Counted from the stretch's first letter, positions 25,837 through 39,749 are shown. The stretch: 64,000 nt of DNA from Takakia lepidozioides (GCA_030704615.1 CM060732.1:80352001-80416000); one strand, 5' to 3'. The notes: generated from the letters alone by a model not told the origin. Program-made: numbers and translations.

Positions 25837-26930
25837 TCACAGAGAATATGACTTGAGTGGACTAGTGAACACTTTTCTTCCTCGGTAGTTCGCAACTTCA
25901 TTCAGGAAATCTCCATAAACGAAAGGCTTGTATTGCAAGGGGTGGGCTGCATCAATCAAAGCTGGTGGAGGTTGAATGAGTGTGGTAGGGTCAGGAGTCA
26001 GGACCGAAGAAGTAAGCCATCGACAATCTTGGCTGTGTTGCATTCACGAGACCTCTGTGCTGCACACTCTTCACCCGCCCGTTACTCCATGCCTGCAACA
26101 CCCAACGGCACCCAACAAACTGATTTTGATCACAATTTGCAAGTCTGCCAAGTCGGGAAAGAAAATAGGTCGGCTGATTTATCTCAGTGGCGCTCATACG
26201 TGTGGTAGAGAGTCTTAAAGGTACCTGTAATGTGTCCCCAACATTGACGAGGAGGCAATCTCGACGGGGCCTCACTGTGGTCCAGGTATTGTCCTTCAAA
26301 ATTTGCAGGCCAGAAATCTCATCTTGGAGCAGAATTGCGAGCACATTGTAATCTGAATGCGCGCCCAGACCAATTGTAAGGGAGGGTTGCGGGCATGGTG
26401 GATAGTAGTTAATCCGAAACACGGATAATGAATTATTTCTCGTGGTCACGTGTTGGGAGAAAGTATCTGGGTCGAGTCCAAGCCCCCGTGCCATCAACTC
26501 CATAGATTGCAAAGCTAGCGCATGATTTCCGGCTGTATACTCCTGCACGGCACCGCTGCAGACAAAGGACTCTGGACATAAAACCCAAAAGTAACTCCGG
26601 GAGCAGATTTCTAGAAAGTTGAAATTCTACTCTCCGCTTAACAGATAATGTATATCGGAAATGCCTAATGCAGTTCTCTATAGATATAGCTCATTTGAAG
26701 GAACGTTGAAATGTCTTCTTTGTATACCGAGCTATATACATTTCATCGACAGACAAATAACATTACAAATCGATAGTGCGTGCCTCACCAGAAATCTTCC
26801 AGATCAGCACCTTGCAGTCCGATTCTCTGGGCATGATCTCTAACATGTGGGACTGGGGTCACTTCCACGTTGAAAATCTCCAGCCATGCATCACGGTAAT
26901 AGCTCCGACCCTTTGGAAGATGATGAACCC
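25837..26930 (-). pseudogene. 2-oxoglutarate/Fe(II) dioxygenase (DOXC class), 3' part
   Basis: FRINYYPPCP, LGAHSD (HxD), NVGDTLQ|AWSNG..KSVQHR (H) and RLS (RxS). Frameshift from a 7-bp duplication at ~25995. Separated from its 5' part by the retroelement nest. Confidence 0.9.
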
Positions 26931-29609
26931 TGTAAGACTTTATTTACAACATGTACAATGGGTGACCGTGCATAGGATGAGAAGTTTCCAAAAAGAGGGG
27001 GGGGAGGAACAAGAAACAAGAAAAAAAAAAAAGCTATAGTAAGTTACTTAGCTAGAGAAGAAAACAAAAGCTACAGTAATTAAGCTACTCAACCAGCGAC
27101 AAAAACAGAAGCTATAATAAGCTACTCAAGCAGAGCGACCCTCCCAGCCAACAGCCGGGAGGAGATTAGGCAAGGAGATAGGCAAAGTGTCAAGCATAGG
27201 CGAAAGATGAGATGACGCGGAGCTAGCCACATCAGCCCGATGCAAAATAGATATGGTTTGTGCTCTCTGCAAAGCAACTGAAACACGCTGTCGATAGTAG
27301 GCGACAAGGACGGAGGCTGTGGGATGCCAGTGGACCCGCTCTTGGCTGCATGATATGCACATGTCCGTAAGAAATTGTTGAAGTGTCGGTGTAATGAGCC
27401 AAATATCTCGACCGCCAGCGGAAGAAATCTGTCGATGGGGTGACAATTGTTGTAGTCGCGCTCCTTGGCTTGAGCTGCTACAGTGGCTGTCGTGCCTGGT
27501 GTGGTAGCTGCGCAAGATAGCAGATCCGCTCGAGTGGGGTCGCCGCGAACGACATCCGCTAGGGTACGCAAACCATCTCTAGATAGGACAATGTTAATAC
27601 GGCGGCGTGTAGAGTGGGACGTGAGCGTGGGTCGTAGATGTGGTTGCTCACGCAGTACATGATACCCTGCCTCCCGAGCATAGATGCCACCGGCATCGTG
27701 ACCCATATCATGAGACGCAGTGCGCTTACCACCACATGGACAGCGGAGGAGATGGATGGCAAGGTCATCGATGGGCTGAAGACAGACGTAGCGTTGAAGG
27801 CCCAATGCCGAAGGATGAGGCAAACTGTCACGCACCTCACTTCGGTAAGCTCCCCTTCAAGTCATAGTTACTCGCTTTGATGCGCGCGCCTAATTCCCAA
27901 CTGCCGCTTGGCCAACTCGGAGCTTCGACTGCTCACGGGACATAAGGTCCTCTTTCGCTCATCTACAGCCCCTCTCTCATTTGGGCCTAGTGGAAATTTC
28001 CCTTTGGTTTGTTGGCAGTCCGCAACAGCTCCCCACACCTTGGTCGGCGCTTTCCGGCTCGCACCGCTTACTCACAGTTTTTGGTTACCAACGTCTGCAC
28101 TGTTCTCGGGGTTACTACTCCCTATATATACTTCTGTGACTGTCCACGGGGGTTTCACAAACAACACCCGTCCTTTTATGGTGAACCACCACGAATACCC
28201 TCCATTCCCGGTGGTGAGTCGCGATGAGTCTTGGCCCACCCACCACGGCCCCATGGACGTATGAGTCCCAAGACTCCCCACGACTCCCACCACAAGGGCT
28301 CCGCCCCATGTGAGTCCTATGCCACCCACTAAGTCCCCTAGGCTACCATCACCCCTCGTGGAACCACCCCCACCGCAACCCGGTGTGCGGGGGTTCCACC
28401 TATTTGAACGCTCCGCCTCCTTGAGTGCTTTGGGCACTCGGGTGCTTCAGCTCCCTATCTATTGTTGCCACTGCCCCAACCATATGGGCAGCACCTTTTG
28501 TGTCTCAACCCCCTGCCCTCAAGGCGAAGGGCCGCGACACACACCCCTACCAACAGGGAGTCGATGTCCTCATCGACTTGTCTATTTTGTAGAAACTAAC
28601 AGCCAAGTTGTGCGTCCACATCAAGGAGTTTTGTTTCACGTACTATGGCTCCCATGGCAAAGAACCAAACCCCACTTGACTCAACTCTCCATTAGCTAGT
28701 TTCGGCCGACTTCCTCCATTCCCGGCCAGGGTGGAGCCTCTCAAGCTCCTCCCAGTGGTACTCTTCTTGTGCCCACTTTAATGTCTAATGAACGATCCTC
28801 CCGAGGATCATATCCCCTTTCTTCAATAACATTTTTTGCGACCTCTCATTTCTCGGCCCTTTCCTTGGGGCAAGGGGTCGGGACACATCAGCTGCCCCTG
28901 TGGTGGGGCAAGCCCAGCCTTCAGGTATATTTCTTTTTCTTTCGAGACCCTTGAGTTTCCCCCCTTCACTCAGGGATCGACTTCTCTCTCCTTGTTTTCT
29001 CCCCTCACCCTTTTGCGGTGGGGGTGGCTCCACAACCGGGGGGTTGGCTCCACAAGGGGTGGTGGTAGCTTAGTGGGACTTAGTGGGGGTGGCATGGACT
29101 CACCATGGGGGCGGGACCTCGTGGTGGGAGTTCGTTGGAAGTCTTGGGACTCATCACTGGTCCATAGGGCCGTGGTGAGCTGAGCCCAAGACTCACACAA
29201 CCGCTACTCACCACCGTGAGTCGAGGGTTTTTCTTGTTGTGTTTCGCCATAAAAGGCATGGCTGGTGTGGAACCCCCGCGGGACAGCTACAGAAGTATAT
29301 ATAGGGAGTAGTAACCCCGGAACGGTGCAAGCCCGTTGGTGATCCAAAACTAGTGAGTAAGCGAGCGAGCCCGGAACGACCAAAGAGTGGGGAGCTGTTC
29401 CGGACTGCCATCTACCAAAGGGAATTCTCCTAGTCCCAAAGAGGTGGAGGGTTTAGAAGGAAGCGAAGGGGGGACCGTTATGTCCCGGTGAAGCAGCCGA
29501 AGCTCCAAGTTGGGCGGGCCCGGCGGCCAGGTGGGGTCAGGCGCGCGCATCAATCAAAGCGAGTAACTAGGACCTTGAAGGGGAGCTTACCGGAGTGAGG
29601 TCGCGCACA

Positions 29610-29621
29610 TTGGTATCAGAG
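29610..29621 (+). promoter_or_regulatory. Primer-binding site for tRNA-iMet
   Basis: TGGTATCAGAGC immediately after the 5' LTR. Confidence 0.9.
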
Positions 29622-29659
29622 CTTAGAGTTCATACGCGATCGTCCTTGGGATTGGCCTC

Positions 29660-32600
29660 ATCATGGGGTTCGGCAGCCGAAGCGAAAGCGGAACAGGCCA
29701 AACGGATGATGATCCCGGTGAGCCCGAATGGGGGGCGGTTGGGCTACGTGTCACCTAGGCGTTCCGTTTCGAGGAAGCTATGAAATGTTTCCGAAACAAC
29801 TAGTCCCATCAGCGGGGCTCAGGAGCGGGAGGAATCGAGGAGTCTGAGCCGAGTAATCCGTGAGAGCTCCGACAAACCAAGAGATGCCTCCCATGCCGGC
29901 AGCCTTTTTGGGAAGGGTTTGTTGGCCGCAGTTTGGCGGGACGTTGAAAGACTGTTGAAGGCGCTAATGCCACTTCCCTAAGGCAGTTTTTAAGGTGAAG
30001 TCCTAAGGAACCCGGCACCCTTCGAGGGCTTTCGAACCGGAAGGCACTCAACACCTGGCTCCTGGAGCTAGAGCATTACTTCCGGCGGCCAAGTTGAGTG
30101 ACGAGGATCGGGTGGAATGGCTCCCACCTATTTTGAGGGGCTATGCTCAACAATGGTGGCAGAAACGCCTTCACGACCGAGTCCCGGCCCGGAAACCTTG
30201 AACTGGAGTGGGTTCAAGGAATTGATGAAGAGACAGTTTGTGCCCCTAACGCGTTCCTGGCTTGCCCTGGACAAGATATTAAGTTTGAAGCAAACAGATG
30301 ACATTTACTTGGGTTACTTCCAGTGCTTTCAAATGTGCTGTTTCTCTAGATTCGCTTACCTGGCAGAACCAGAAATGGTCTTCAACTTTGTGGCGGGACT
30401 GGCCCCATGGGCCAGGCGGAAGTTGGAGGAGAAAGCCACCCCAGACTTTGAACGAGGCAATTGAGAGGGCTGAATGTTTCTCGGATCGGTGCTCCAAAGA
30501 AAAGCGGGTGGAGCGGCTTATGGCGGACAGAAGGCGACCTTTGATGGAGTGGTGTTTCAATTGCGGGGAGCCCGGGCACATGGCCAAGAAGTGCACGAGC
30601 CCCGGCTTGAACATGACTCGGTCGACCACGGAGCGGTCAGAAGAAGCCATCAGTCGCTTGGTGAAGCGGTAGTCGCCAGGACTTTGACAGGTAGGCAACT
30701 ATTCTTGTGAGTTGTATCAGGAAACTGCGCCCTGCGAAAAGGGAGTCAATTCATTGTTCGTGGATTGGATAATATCCGAACTAACGTGTCTTTGTTGGTG
30801 GACACAGGAGCGTCGCACTCCTTCATGACGCCGGTGGCGGCGCAAAGTTGGACTTCCCGACAGTGACGTGGGGGCCTCTATTGAGGTGCGCTCTTCCAAA
30901 GGAGAACCTCATGTTGGCGACAAGGTTGGCGTTTGATGTTCCTCCTCAACTGGGGGTTTGGGATGGACGTGAGAACTTCACTATCTGCGAGATCGATGAG
31001 TGGATCTCATTTTTAAGGGATGACCTTTGAGCAAATCCGGAGCGGTCATAGATGGCCGCAAGAGAGTAGTCACGCTGCCATTGGGAAGGTGGCGAGGTTT
31101 TACGAGTGTCCGGAAACGCCCAAATCCGGGGGAGGGCGAATAAACCTTCTATCAGCAACGGAGTGGGCCGTGGAGAGGCACACGAGTCCCAGTGTTTGCT
31201 TTACATTAGAGAAGTGAAAGGAGAAGGAATGGGGAGCCGAGCCCAGATTGGATCAAGGGGATTTTGGAGAATACCAGGATGTTGGAGGAGGCACACGAGT
31301 CCCAGTTTTTGCTTTACATTAGAGAAGTGAAAGGAGAAGGCGATGGGATTGGATGCCGGAGGATTTACCAAGCGGCTTGCCACGGCGAAGAGGAGTTGAC
31401 CACAAGATTGAGGTGATACCGGGATCGGGCCGCCTGCCAAGGCGCCCTACCGGTTGAGCCACAGAGAGTTGGTCGAGCTGAAGACTCAGCTCAAGGATCT
31501 AATGTCAAAGGGTACATCCGGCCGAGTAAGTCACCTTACGGAGCCCCGGTGCTATTTGCAGACAAGAAGGATGGGACGCTGCGGATGTGTGTCGATTACA
31601 GGGCTCTGAATAAGGTGACTATCAAAAACCGGTACCCTTTGCCAAGGATCGACGACCTCTTCGATCGGTTGGCAGGAGCGAAGTATTTCAGCCGGATCGA
31701 CTTGCGCTCCGGCTATCACCAAATTCGGGTGGCGGAAGGAGATGAGGAGAAGACCGCGTGCAGGACAAGGTATGGTTCATATGAGTTCTTGGTGATGCCT
31801 TTTGGGCTCACCAATGCACCAGCGACATTTAGCACGCTGATGAACAGCCTTTTCCAGGAGTGGTTGGATGACTTTGTGATCGTGTACATCGACGACATCT
31901 TGGTGTACTCGAAAACAAAGGAGGAGCACCTGGAGCACCTCAAAAGGGTGTTCCAAAAATTGCGGAAGGGAAGCTGTATGCCAAAGCTTCAAAGTGCGAA
32001 TTCGGGGTCACAAAGTGGAGTTCTGGGGGCATGTGATTACACAGGATGGGATCAAAATGGATGACAGAAAGGTGAGGGCGATCTTGGACTGGGAGCCTCC
32101 GACTTCGGTCCCGGAGTGCGATCCTTCCTAGGACTCGCCTCCTATTACCGGAAGTATGTGAGAAATTTCGCCAAGATCGCGGGGCCGCTGTCGGACCTTC
32201 TGTGTAAATCCAAAGTCTGGGTATGGAACACATTTTGTGGCCAAGCTTTTGCTGAATTGAAGCAGCGGATGACGGAAGCTCCAGTCTTGAAAATCCCGGA
32301 GTTCGATCGTCCGTTTGAGATTCATACAGATGCATCGGACTTCGCAATTGGGGGTGTACTTATGCAAGATGGACGTCCAGTGGCTTACGAAAGTAAGAAA
32401 CTGAATGAAGTGGAGCGACGGTGGCCGACGCACGAAAAAGAGATGAAGGCGGTGGTGCATTGCCTTGAGCTCTGGCGCCACTATGTTGGTTCCAACCCAG
32501 TGAAGGTGTTCACGGACAATGTCACGGTGAAGTATTTTGCCACGCAGCCCAAGTTGTCCCCAAAACAACTTAGGTGGCAAGATACTTTGGCAGTGTTCGA

Positions 32601-34140
32601 CGTGGATATCCAGTACAAACCGGGACGGGACAATGTGGTGGCCGATGCTTTAAGTAGAAAGCAGCAGCTCTTGTTGGTGTACAAGGGCGAGACGGCGCTC
32701 CAAAGGAAGATCCGGAAGGCTTGCCGGAAGGATGAGCTGGCAAAGTGCGTGATGCAGGACTTGAGAATGGGGTTAAATCGCAGTTCCACTTGCAAAATGG
32801 ACTGCTCCGGTATAAGCAAAAACGTCTCTATGTGCCAAAGGGAGGGATCAGGATAGTCTCTTGAGAGAATGCCATGATAGCCCGCTTGCGGGCCACGGTG
32901 GAGCCAAGCGCACTGCGGCACTCTTGAAGAAAGAGTATTTCTGGCCCAAACTGAGGGAGGAGGCAGAGGAGTATGTCAAGACATGCACCACATGCCAACA
33001 AAACCGGAGCGAGTACAAAAAGCAAGCGGGGCTGTTACAACCCTTGCCGATTCCAGAGGGGACTTGGGAAAGCGTCTCGATGGATTTCATGACTGCTATG
33101 CCGCTGTCAAAAGGATTCGATGCAATCATGGTGGTGGTAGATAGGTTCAGTAAAATGGCCCATTTCATCCCCACCAAGGAGACGGCAACGGCGCAGGAGA
33201 CAGGGCGACTTTACTTCGCCCACGTCTTAAAGCATCATGGAGTCCCGAAGGATATTGTCTCGGACCGCGATCCAAAGTTTACGAGTAAATTCTGGAGAGC
33301 ACTTTGGAAGAAGATGGGGACGAGGCTGAAGATGAGCACCGCCTTCCGACCTACGACGGACGGCCAAACGGAAAGAGTGAATTCCGTAGTGAAGCAATTC
33401 TTGCGGAATTACGTGTCGGCAGACCAATCAGACTGGATGGAACACTTAGACGCGGCAGAGTTCTGTTATAATAACACAGAACACTCCGCGACGGGAGTTT
33501 CCCCTTTTGTGTTGGTCTATGGAAAAGCACCTCTGGTGCCGACAAGTTGGGCCGCCCAGGACGTTGAGGAACCGGCAGTAGCGGCGGTACTGGAAGAACG
33601 CGAGCGTTTGTTGAAGCTCGCAAAGTACAACATTGCCAAAGCTAGGAAACGGTATGAAAGGCAGGCGAATCGGAAGCGGAGGGAAGTGAAGTTTGAGGCA
33701 GGCACAGAGGTCTGGTTGAACATCAAGAATTTTCGACTACCTCCGGAAGTGAGTCCGAAGTTCGTACCTCCGTATGCGGCCCTTTCGCATTCGGAGGTTA
33801 TGAATGAGGATGTGTATGAATTGGAGCTGCCGGCAAACAGCAAGGTGCACCCAGTATTCCATGTCTCCCTTTTGAAGCCTTACTTCAAAGATGAAGCACG
33901 TCCGAATCGGCAGCAAGTGTTGCGTCCGCCACCTATGCTGTTGGATCATGAAAATGAACCTGAGTACGAGGTGGAGGCAATACTTAAGTCGAGGAGGTTC
34001 AAGAACCGAGAAACGAGTATCTCGTCAAATGGAAGGGCTATCATCTTGTGGAGGCATCTTGGGTGCGTGCCTCAGAAATGGGAAACGCATCCGAGGCAGT
34101 TGCAGCGTTCGAAGGGCGACCTCAAAAGCGGAAGAAACGT
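29660..34140 (+). CDS. Gag-Pol polyprotein of chromovirus B (many single-base frameshifts)
   Basis: ORF pieces 30117, 30298, 31549, 32116 and 32861 give the order gag-PR-RT-RH-INT-CHD. Confidence 0.85.
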
Positions 34141-35048
34141 TGATGGGGACATCAACCTTGGAGCGTGGGGGAGGAAATGCATGCTTAGCCCGGTTTAGCT
34201 AGCTCAGGAATCCGATTGCAAAAACTTGTATTGTACAAACATTTGTTATAAAGGAAATGGGTTCCAAATATTGTGCGTCCTATTGTGTTTGGAATGGTGA
34301 TGCATGGTGTGTTTGGCTAGTGTGTAGAATGCATGCTAGCTTACAAAAGTGGGAGAGGTAAATTGGGTAATCGTGTGTTTGCGCAGTGCCGAAATCGGGT
34401 GACTCCCATCCCAGGGGCAAGGAAACTTGCGCCTTCTTTGGGAGTTCACGTGCTAGTGCGCACCTGGCGCGTGCGCGTACTATAACTGCGCTACCGAGGG
34501 GGTTGCCTTGTAGTGCGGGCTAACGCGGAAGCTACGTGCTTCCGTTCACGTACTATAATCGTGTAACCTCGGGACGAAGTCGTAGTGCGGCTTCGACGTG
34601 TTCCCGTACCTCAGGCCAGCATTCCAAGGCGGACCCAATTGTAGTGATTGGGGCGCACGGTTGGTTCAAGGTTATCTTCCTAGTCAAAGAGGGTTCCAGG
34701 TGAACCCTTGCTCAAGGTGATGCCAAAAGCGGCATCATGAGCGATCGCAAGCAATGTTGTTGCAGTAAGGCGATTCGATCCTCGGGGAGGATCGTTCCTT
34801 GGCCTTGAAGTAGGCCAAGAAGAGTGCACTGAGAGGAGCTGGAGAGGCTCCACCCTTGGCCGGGACTTGGAGGAAGTCGGCCGAACTAGCTAGTGGAGAG
34901 TAGAGTCAAGTGTGGGGTTTGGTTCTTTGCCATGGGACGCCATGGTACAGAAACAAACTCCTTGATGTGGGACGCCACAACTTGGATGTTCGTTTCTACA
35001 AAATGGACAAGTCGATGAGGACATCGACTCCCTGTTGGTAGGGGTGTG

Positions 35049-35796
35049 TGTCGCGGCCCTTTGCCTTGAGGGCAGGGGGTCGGGACACATCAGGGGCTGC
35101 CCCTGTGGTGGGGGCAGCGGCAGCGATAGGTATGGGGGGCTGAGGCACCCTTGAGTGCCCAAGGCACTCAGGGAAGCGGAGGCGCTCACTAGGTGGAGCC
35201 CCGCACACCGGGTTGCGGTGGGGGTGGCTCCACAAGCGGTGGGGTGGCTCCACAAGGGGTGGTGGTAGCTTAGTGGGACTTAGTGGGGGTGGCATAGGAC
35301 TCACCATGGGGGCGGAGACCTCGTGGTGGGAGTCGTGGGGAGTCTTGGGACTCATCACGGTCCATAGGGGCCGTGGTGAGCGGGCCAAGACTCACCGCGA
35401 CTCACCACCGGGAGTCGAGGGTTTTCGTGGTGGTTCGCCATAAAATGGCATGGCTGGTTGTGGAACCCCCGCGGACAGCTACAGAAGTATATATAGGGAG
35501 TAGTAACCCCGAGAACGGTGCAAGCCCGTTGGTGACCAAAAACTAGTGAGTAAGCGAGCGAGCCGGAAAGCGACCAAAGAGTGGGGAGCTGTTCCGGACT
35601 GCCATCTACCAAAGGGAATTCTCCTAGTCCCAAAGAGGTGGAGGGTTTAGAAGGAAGCGAAGGGGGGGACCGTTATGTCCCGGTGAGCAGCCGAAGCTCC
35701 AAGTTGGCCCGGGCGGCCAGGTTGGGAGTCAGGCGCGCGCATCAAAGCGAGTAACTAGGACTTGAAGGGGAGCTTACCGGAGTGAGGTGCGCGACA
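35049..35796 (+). repeat. 3' LTR of chromovirus B
   Basis: TGTCGCGGCC...GCGCGACA. Near-identical to 29010-29608 apart from indels; TATATATA box at ~35487. Confidence 0.93.
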
Positions 35797-38700
35797 GCTC
35801 ATGATGCCGCTTTTGGCACCACCTTGAGCAAGGGTTCACCTTGAACCCTTTTTGACTAGGAAGATAACCTTGAACCAACCGCGCACCCCAATCACTACCC
35901 TCCTCGACTTAAGCACTGCCTCCACCTCGTACTCAGGTTCATTTTCATAATCCAACAGCACAGGTGTTCCAACCCGGTGAAGGTGTTCACGGACAATATC
36001 ACGGTGAAGTATTTTGCCACACAGCCTAAGTTGTCCACAAAACAACTTAGGTGGCAAGACACTTTGGCAGTGTTCGACATGGATATCCAGTACAAACCGG
36101 GACGAGACAATGTGGTGGCCGATGTTTTAAGTAGAAAGCAGCAGCTTATGTTGGTGTACAGGGGCGAGACGGCGTTCCAAAAGAAGATCCGGAAGGCTTA
36201 CCGGAAGGATGAGATGGCGAAGTCCGTGATGCGGGACTTGAGGATGGGAGTTAAATCGCACTTCCACTTGCACAATGACTCCTCCAATACAAGCAAAAGC
36301 GCCTCTACGTGCCGAAGGGAGGGATCAGAGATAGTCTCTTGAGGAAATGCCACGATGACCCACTTGCGGGCCACGGCGGAGCCAAGCGCACCGCGGCACT
36401 CTTGAAGAAAGAGTATTTCTGGCCCAAACTGAGGGAGGAGGCCGATGAGTATGTCAAGACATGCACCACATGCCAACAAAACCGGAGCGAGTACAAAAAG
36501 CAAGCGAGGCTGTTACAACCCTTGTCGATTCCAGAGGGGTCTTGGGAAAGTGTCTCGATGGATTTCATGACTGCTATGCTGCTGTCAAAAGGATTCGATG
36601 CAATCATGGTGGTGGTGGATAGGTTCAGTAAAATAGGTCATTTCATCCCCACCAAGGAGACGGCAACGGCGCAAGAGACGTGACGACTTTACTTCGCCCA
36701 TGTCTTCAAGCATCATGGACTCCTGAAGGATATTGTCTCGGACCGCGATCCAAAGTTTACAAGTAAATTTTGGAGGTCACTTTGGAAGAAGATGGGGATG
36801 AGACTCAAGATGAGTATGGCCTTCCGACCTACAATAGACGGCCAAACGGAAAGAGTGAATTCCGTGGTGAAGCAGATCTTGCGGAATTATGTGTCAGCAG
36901 ACCAATCAGACTGGGTGGAGCACTTGGATACGGCAGAGTTCTGTTATAATAACACAAAACACTCCGCAACGGGAGTTTCCCCTTTCGTATTGGTCTATGG
37001 AAAAACACCTTTGGTGCCGACAAGTTGGGCCGCCCAGGATGTTGAGGAACCGGCAGTAGCAGCTGTGCTGGAAGAACGCGAACGTTTGTTGAAGCTCGCA
37101 AAGTATAACATTGCCAAAGCTAGGAAACGGTATGAACGGTAGGCGAATCGGAAGCGGAGGGAAGTTAAGTTTGAGGCAGGCACGGAGGTCTGGTTGAACA
37201 TCAAGAATTTTCGACTACCTACGGAAGTGAGTCCGAAGTTCGTACCTCCATATGCGGGGCCCTTTCGCATCCGGAAGGTTATGAATGAGGATGTGTACGA
37301 ATTGGGCAAATAGCAAGGTGCATCCGGTATTCCACGTCTCCCTTTTGAAGCCTTACTTCAAAGATGAAGCGCGTCCGAATCGGCATCAAGTGTTGCGTAC
37401 ATAGTGGCACCAAAACTCAAGACAATGCACCACCGCCTTCATTTATTTCTCGTGTGTAGGCCACCTTCGCTCCACTTCATTCAGTTTCTTACTTTCGTAA
37501 GTCACTGGACGTCTGTCCTGCATGAGTACACCCCCAATTGCAAAGTCTGACGCATCTGTATGGATCTCAAATGGACGGTCGAACTCCGGGATTTTCAGGA
37601 CCGGAGCTTCCGCCATCCGCGCGTCAATTCGGCAAAAGCTTGGTCACAAAAGGTGTTCCATACCCATACCTTGGACTTACACAGAAGGTCCGACAGTGGC
37701 CTTGTAATCTTGGCAAAATTTCTCACATACTTTCGGTAATAGGAGGCGAGTCCTAGGAAGGATCGCACTCCTGGGACCGAAGTCGGAGGCTCCTAGTCCA
37801 AGATCGCCCTCACCTTTCTGTCATCCATTGTGATCCCATCTTGTGTAATCACATGCCCTAGGAACTCCACTTTTGTGATCCCGAATTCGCACTTTGAAGC
37901 TTTGGTATACAGCTTCCATTCCCGCAATTTCTGGAACACCTTTTTGAGGTGCTCCAAGTGCTCTTCCTTTGTTTTCGAGTACACCAAGATGTCGTCGATG
38001 TACATGATCACAAAGTCATTTAACCACTCCTGGAAAAGGCTGTTCATTAACGTGCTAAAGGTCGCGGGTGCGTTGGTGAGCCCAAAAAACATCACCAAGA
38101 ACTCATATGAACCATATCTTGTCCTGCACGCGGTCTTCTCTTCATCTCCTTCTGCCACTTGGATTTGATGGTAGCCGGAGCGCAAACCGATCTGGCTGAA
38201 ATACTTTGCTCCTGCCAACCGATCGAAGAGGTCATCGATCATTGGCAAATAGTACCGGTTTTTTATAATCACCTTATTTAGAGCCCTGTAATCGACACAC
38301 ATTCGCAGCGTCCCATCCTTCTTGTCTGCGAATAGCACCGGGGCTCCGTAAGGTGACTTACTCGGCCGGATGTACCCCTTTGACATTAGATCCTTGAGCT
38401 GAGCCTTCAGCTCGACCAACTCTTTATGGCTCAACCGGTAGGGCGTCTTGGCAGGCGGCTCCGATCCCGGTATCACCTCAATCTTGTGGTCAACTCCTCT
38501 TCGCGGTGGCAAGCCGCTTGGTAAATCCTCCGAGCCACTGCCCCCAACACAGGGGCAGCCCCTTTTGTGTCCCGACCCTCTGCCCTCAAGGCGAAGGGCC
38601 GCGACACAAACCGAGTCGAAGGCGGAGCGCAGTAGTGAAAGTAGAGGATGAGAGGCGAAAAGGTGAGATAGTGGGTCGTGCTGCCAACCATGCCCCTGCT

Positions 38701-39749
38701 CCGGGTCGGGCTCGATGCAACTCAGAGGCCTTGAGCAACCAACTGCTTAAATGGTGGTAGACATGTTCGCGTCGGTGCCGGAAGAAGATCTCGTGCAAAG
38801 CGGAGATGCTACTGGAAGGTTAAAATGCCACTGTCGACATGTGCAACGGCGTCCATAAAAATGGGACGATGGTCACAGAGAAATCGTGAAGTGAGGGCTG
38901 GCGCCACCAACGCCCAACTGCCGAAGAAAGCTGACGGGGCAGTAGTGACAGTGGACAAAAGACCCACACCACCGGAAGAGACGGGGTAGGGTGGCTTGCT
39001 GTCGTGGCAAAAGTCCCTGAGCACCCTCCAGAGCTCCTAATCCTAACAATCTCCCGAAGATAGTCATCATGGTAGTATCAAACCCAGATAAGAGGTGTAG
39101 GAAATCTGGGCTGGGTGGAACAGTGCGCAAGAGATATGAGGGACGCTGAAGGAAATATTTGGTCAAGATTCCATATGCTACCTGTACATCTCCGAACCTA
39201 GGAAAGATAAGGACGTTGTGAACTGGGTGGTGCCAAAAGGGACTCCCAGGATTCTGATGCCATTGGGCGTAGCAATGAAGTGAGCAGGGAAGACAAAATC
39301 TGCAGAGAGACCGGACGGAGACTACACCGCACATTTGCGAGGTTGCACTGAAAGGCCCACGGCAGAGAGTTGGGTGACAAAATGATGGTAGGCTGAAAGT
39401 ACCTGTGAGGCAGGGCCTACAATGTGTGTGTCGTCTGCCACCGACGAAAAAAGACAAGATGAATGTACTTGTGCAGAAGCCGTGAGGGTGCGGACGTGAG
39501 CCATGACAAATAAAGGTCCTCCTAAAGGGTCGCCTTGGCGGGTCCCAACCTCGGAATGAATGATGGAGCATTCACCTAGGCGAGAATGATGACTGTAGTA
39601 TAGGGGAGTGGTGGATGCATAGAATAATCGAACAAACAGAATGAGCTGGTGGAAATCTCCTCCGGCGTAACGGAGCTCCTGAAAGATAGTCGCTCATGAC
39701 ACAGTGTTGAAAGCATTGGTGACGTCGACCTGGAGAACCACCCAATCCG

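Larger units (their letters stand above)
28849..35796 (+). mobile_element. Ty3/gypsy chromovirus copy B (Galadriel-like), full length, nested in copy A
   Basis: LTRs ~28849-29608 and 35049-35796 (TG...CA in the 3' LTR). PBS TGGTATCAGAGC. Gag zinc knuckle [14 protein letters not shown], protease [30 protein letters not shown], integrase HH-CC/DDE and chromodomain YEVEAIL...[16 protein letters not shown] at 35797 matches TCTCA at 28844. Confidence 0.93.
27826..38606 (-). mobile_element. Ty3/gypsy chromovirus copy A (older, rearranged)
   Basis: 5-bp TSD CAAAC at 27821-27825 and 38607-38611. 3' LTR 27826-28539 with the pre-LTR tract; truncated 5' LTR 38532-38606; RT-RH 37398-38531 (-); RH-INT segment 35967-37397 inverted (+); chromodomain fragment 35899-35966. 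Confidence 0.9.
26931..39749 (-). mobile_element. 5'-truncated CRE-clade non-LTR retrotransposon (RT + CCHC finger + restriction-like endonuclease), interrupted by chromoviruses
   Basis: 38612-39749 reads VLQVDVTNAFNTVS, GTRQGDPLGGPLF, VADDTHIVGP and ALRLRLGL. 26931-27825 continues with PHP...HLLRCPCGGKRTASHD, LADVV, AKERDY, FLPLAVEIFG and RVSVALQR, then a T-rich 3' UTR with AATAAA. Flanks are GATGATGAACC (26919) and GATGATGACC (39750). Confidence 0.8.

Noticed and set aside
31172-31350. ~60-bp direct duplication between protease and RT in chromovirus B
   Set aside because: Probably a local duplication or assembly artefact with no functional implication.
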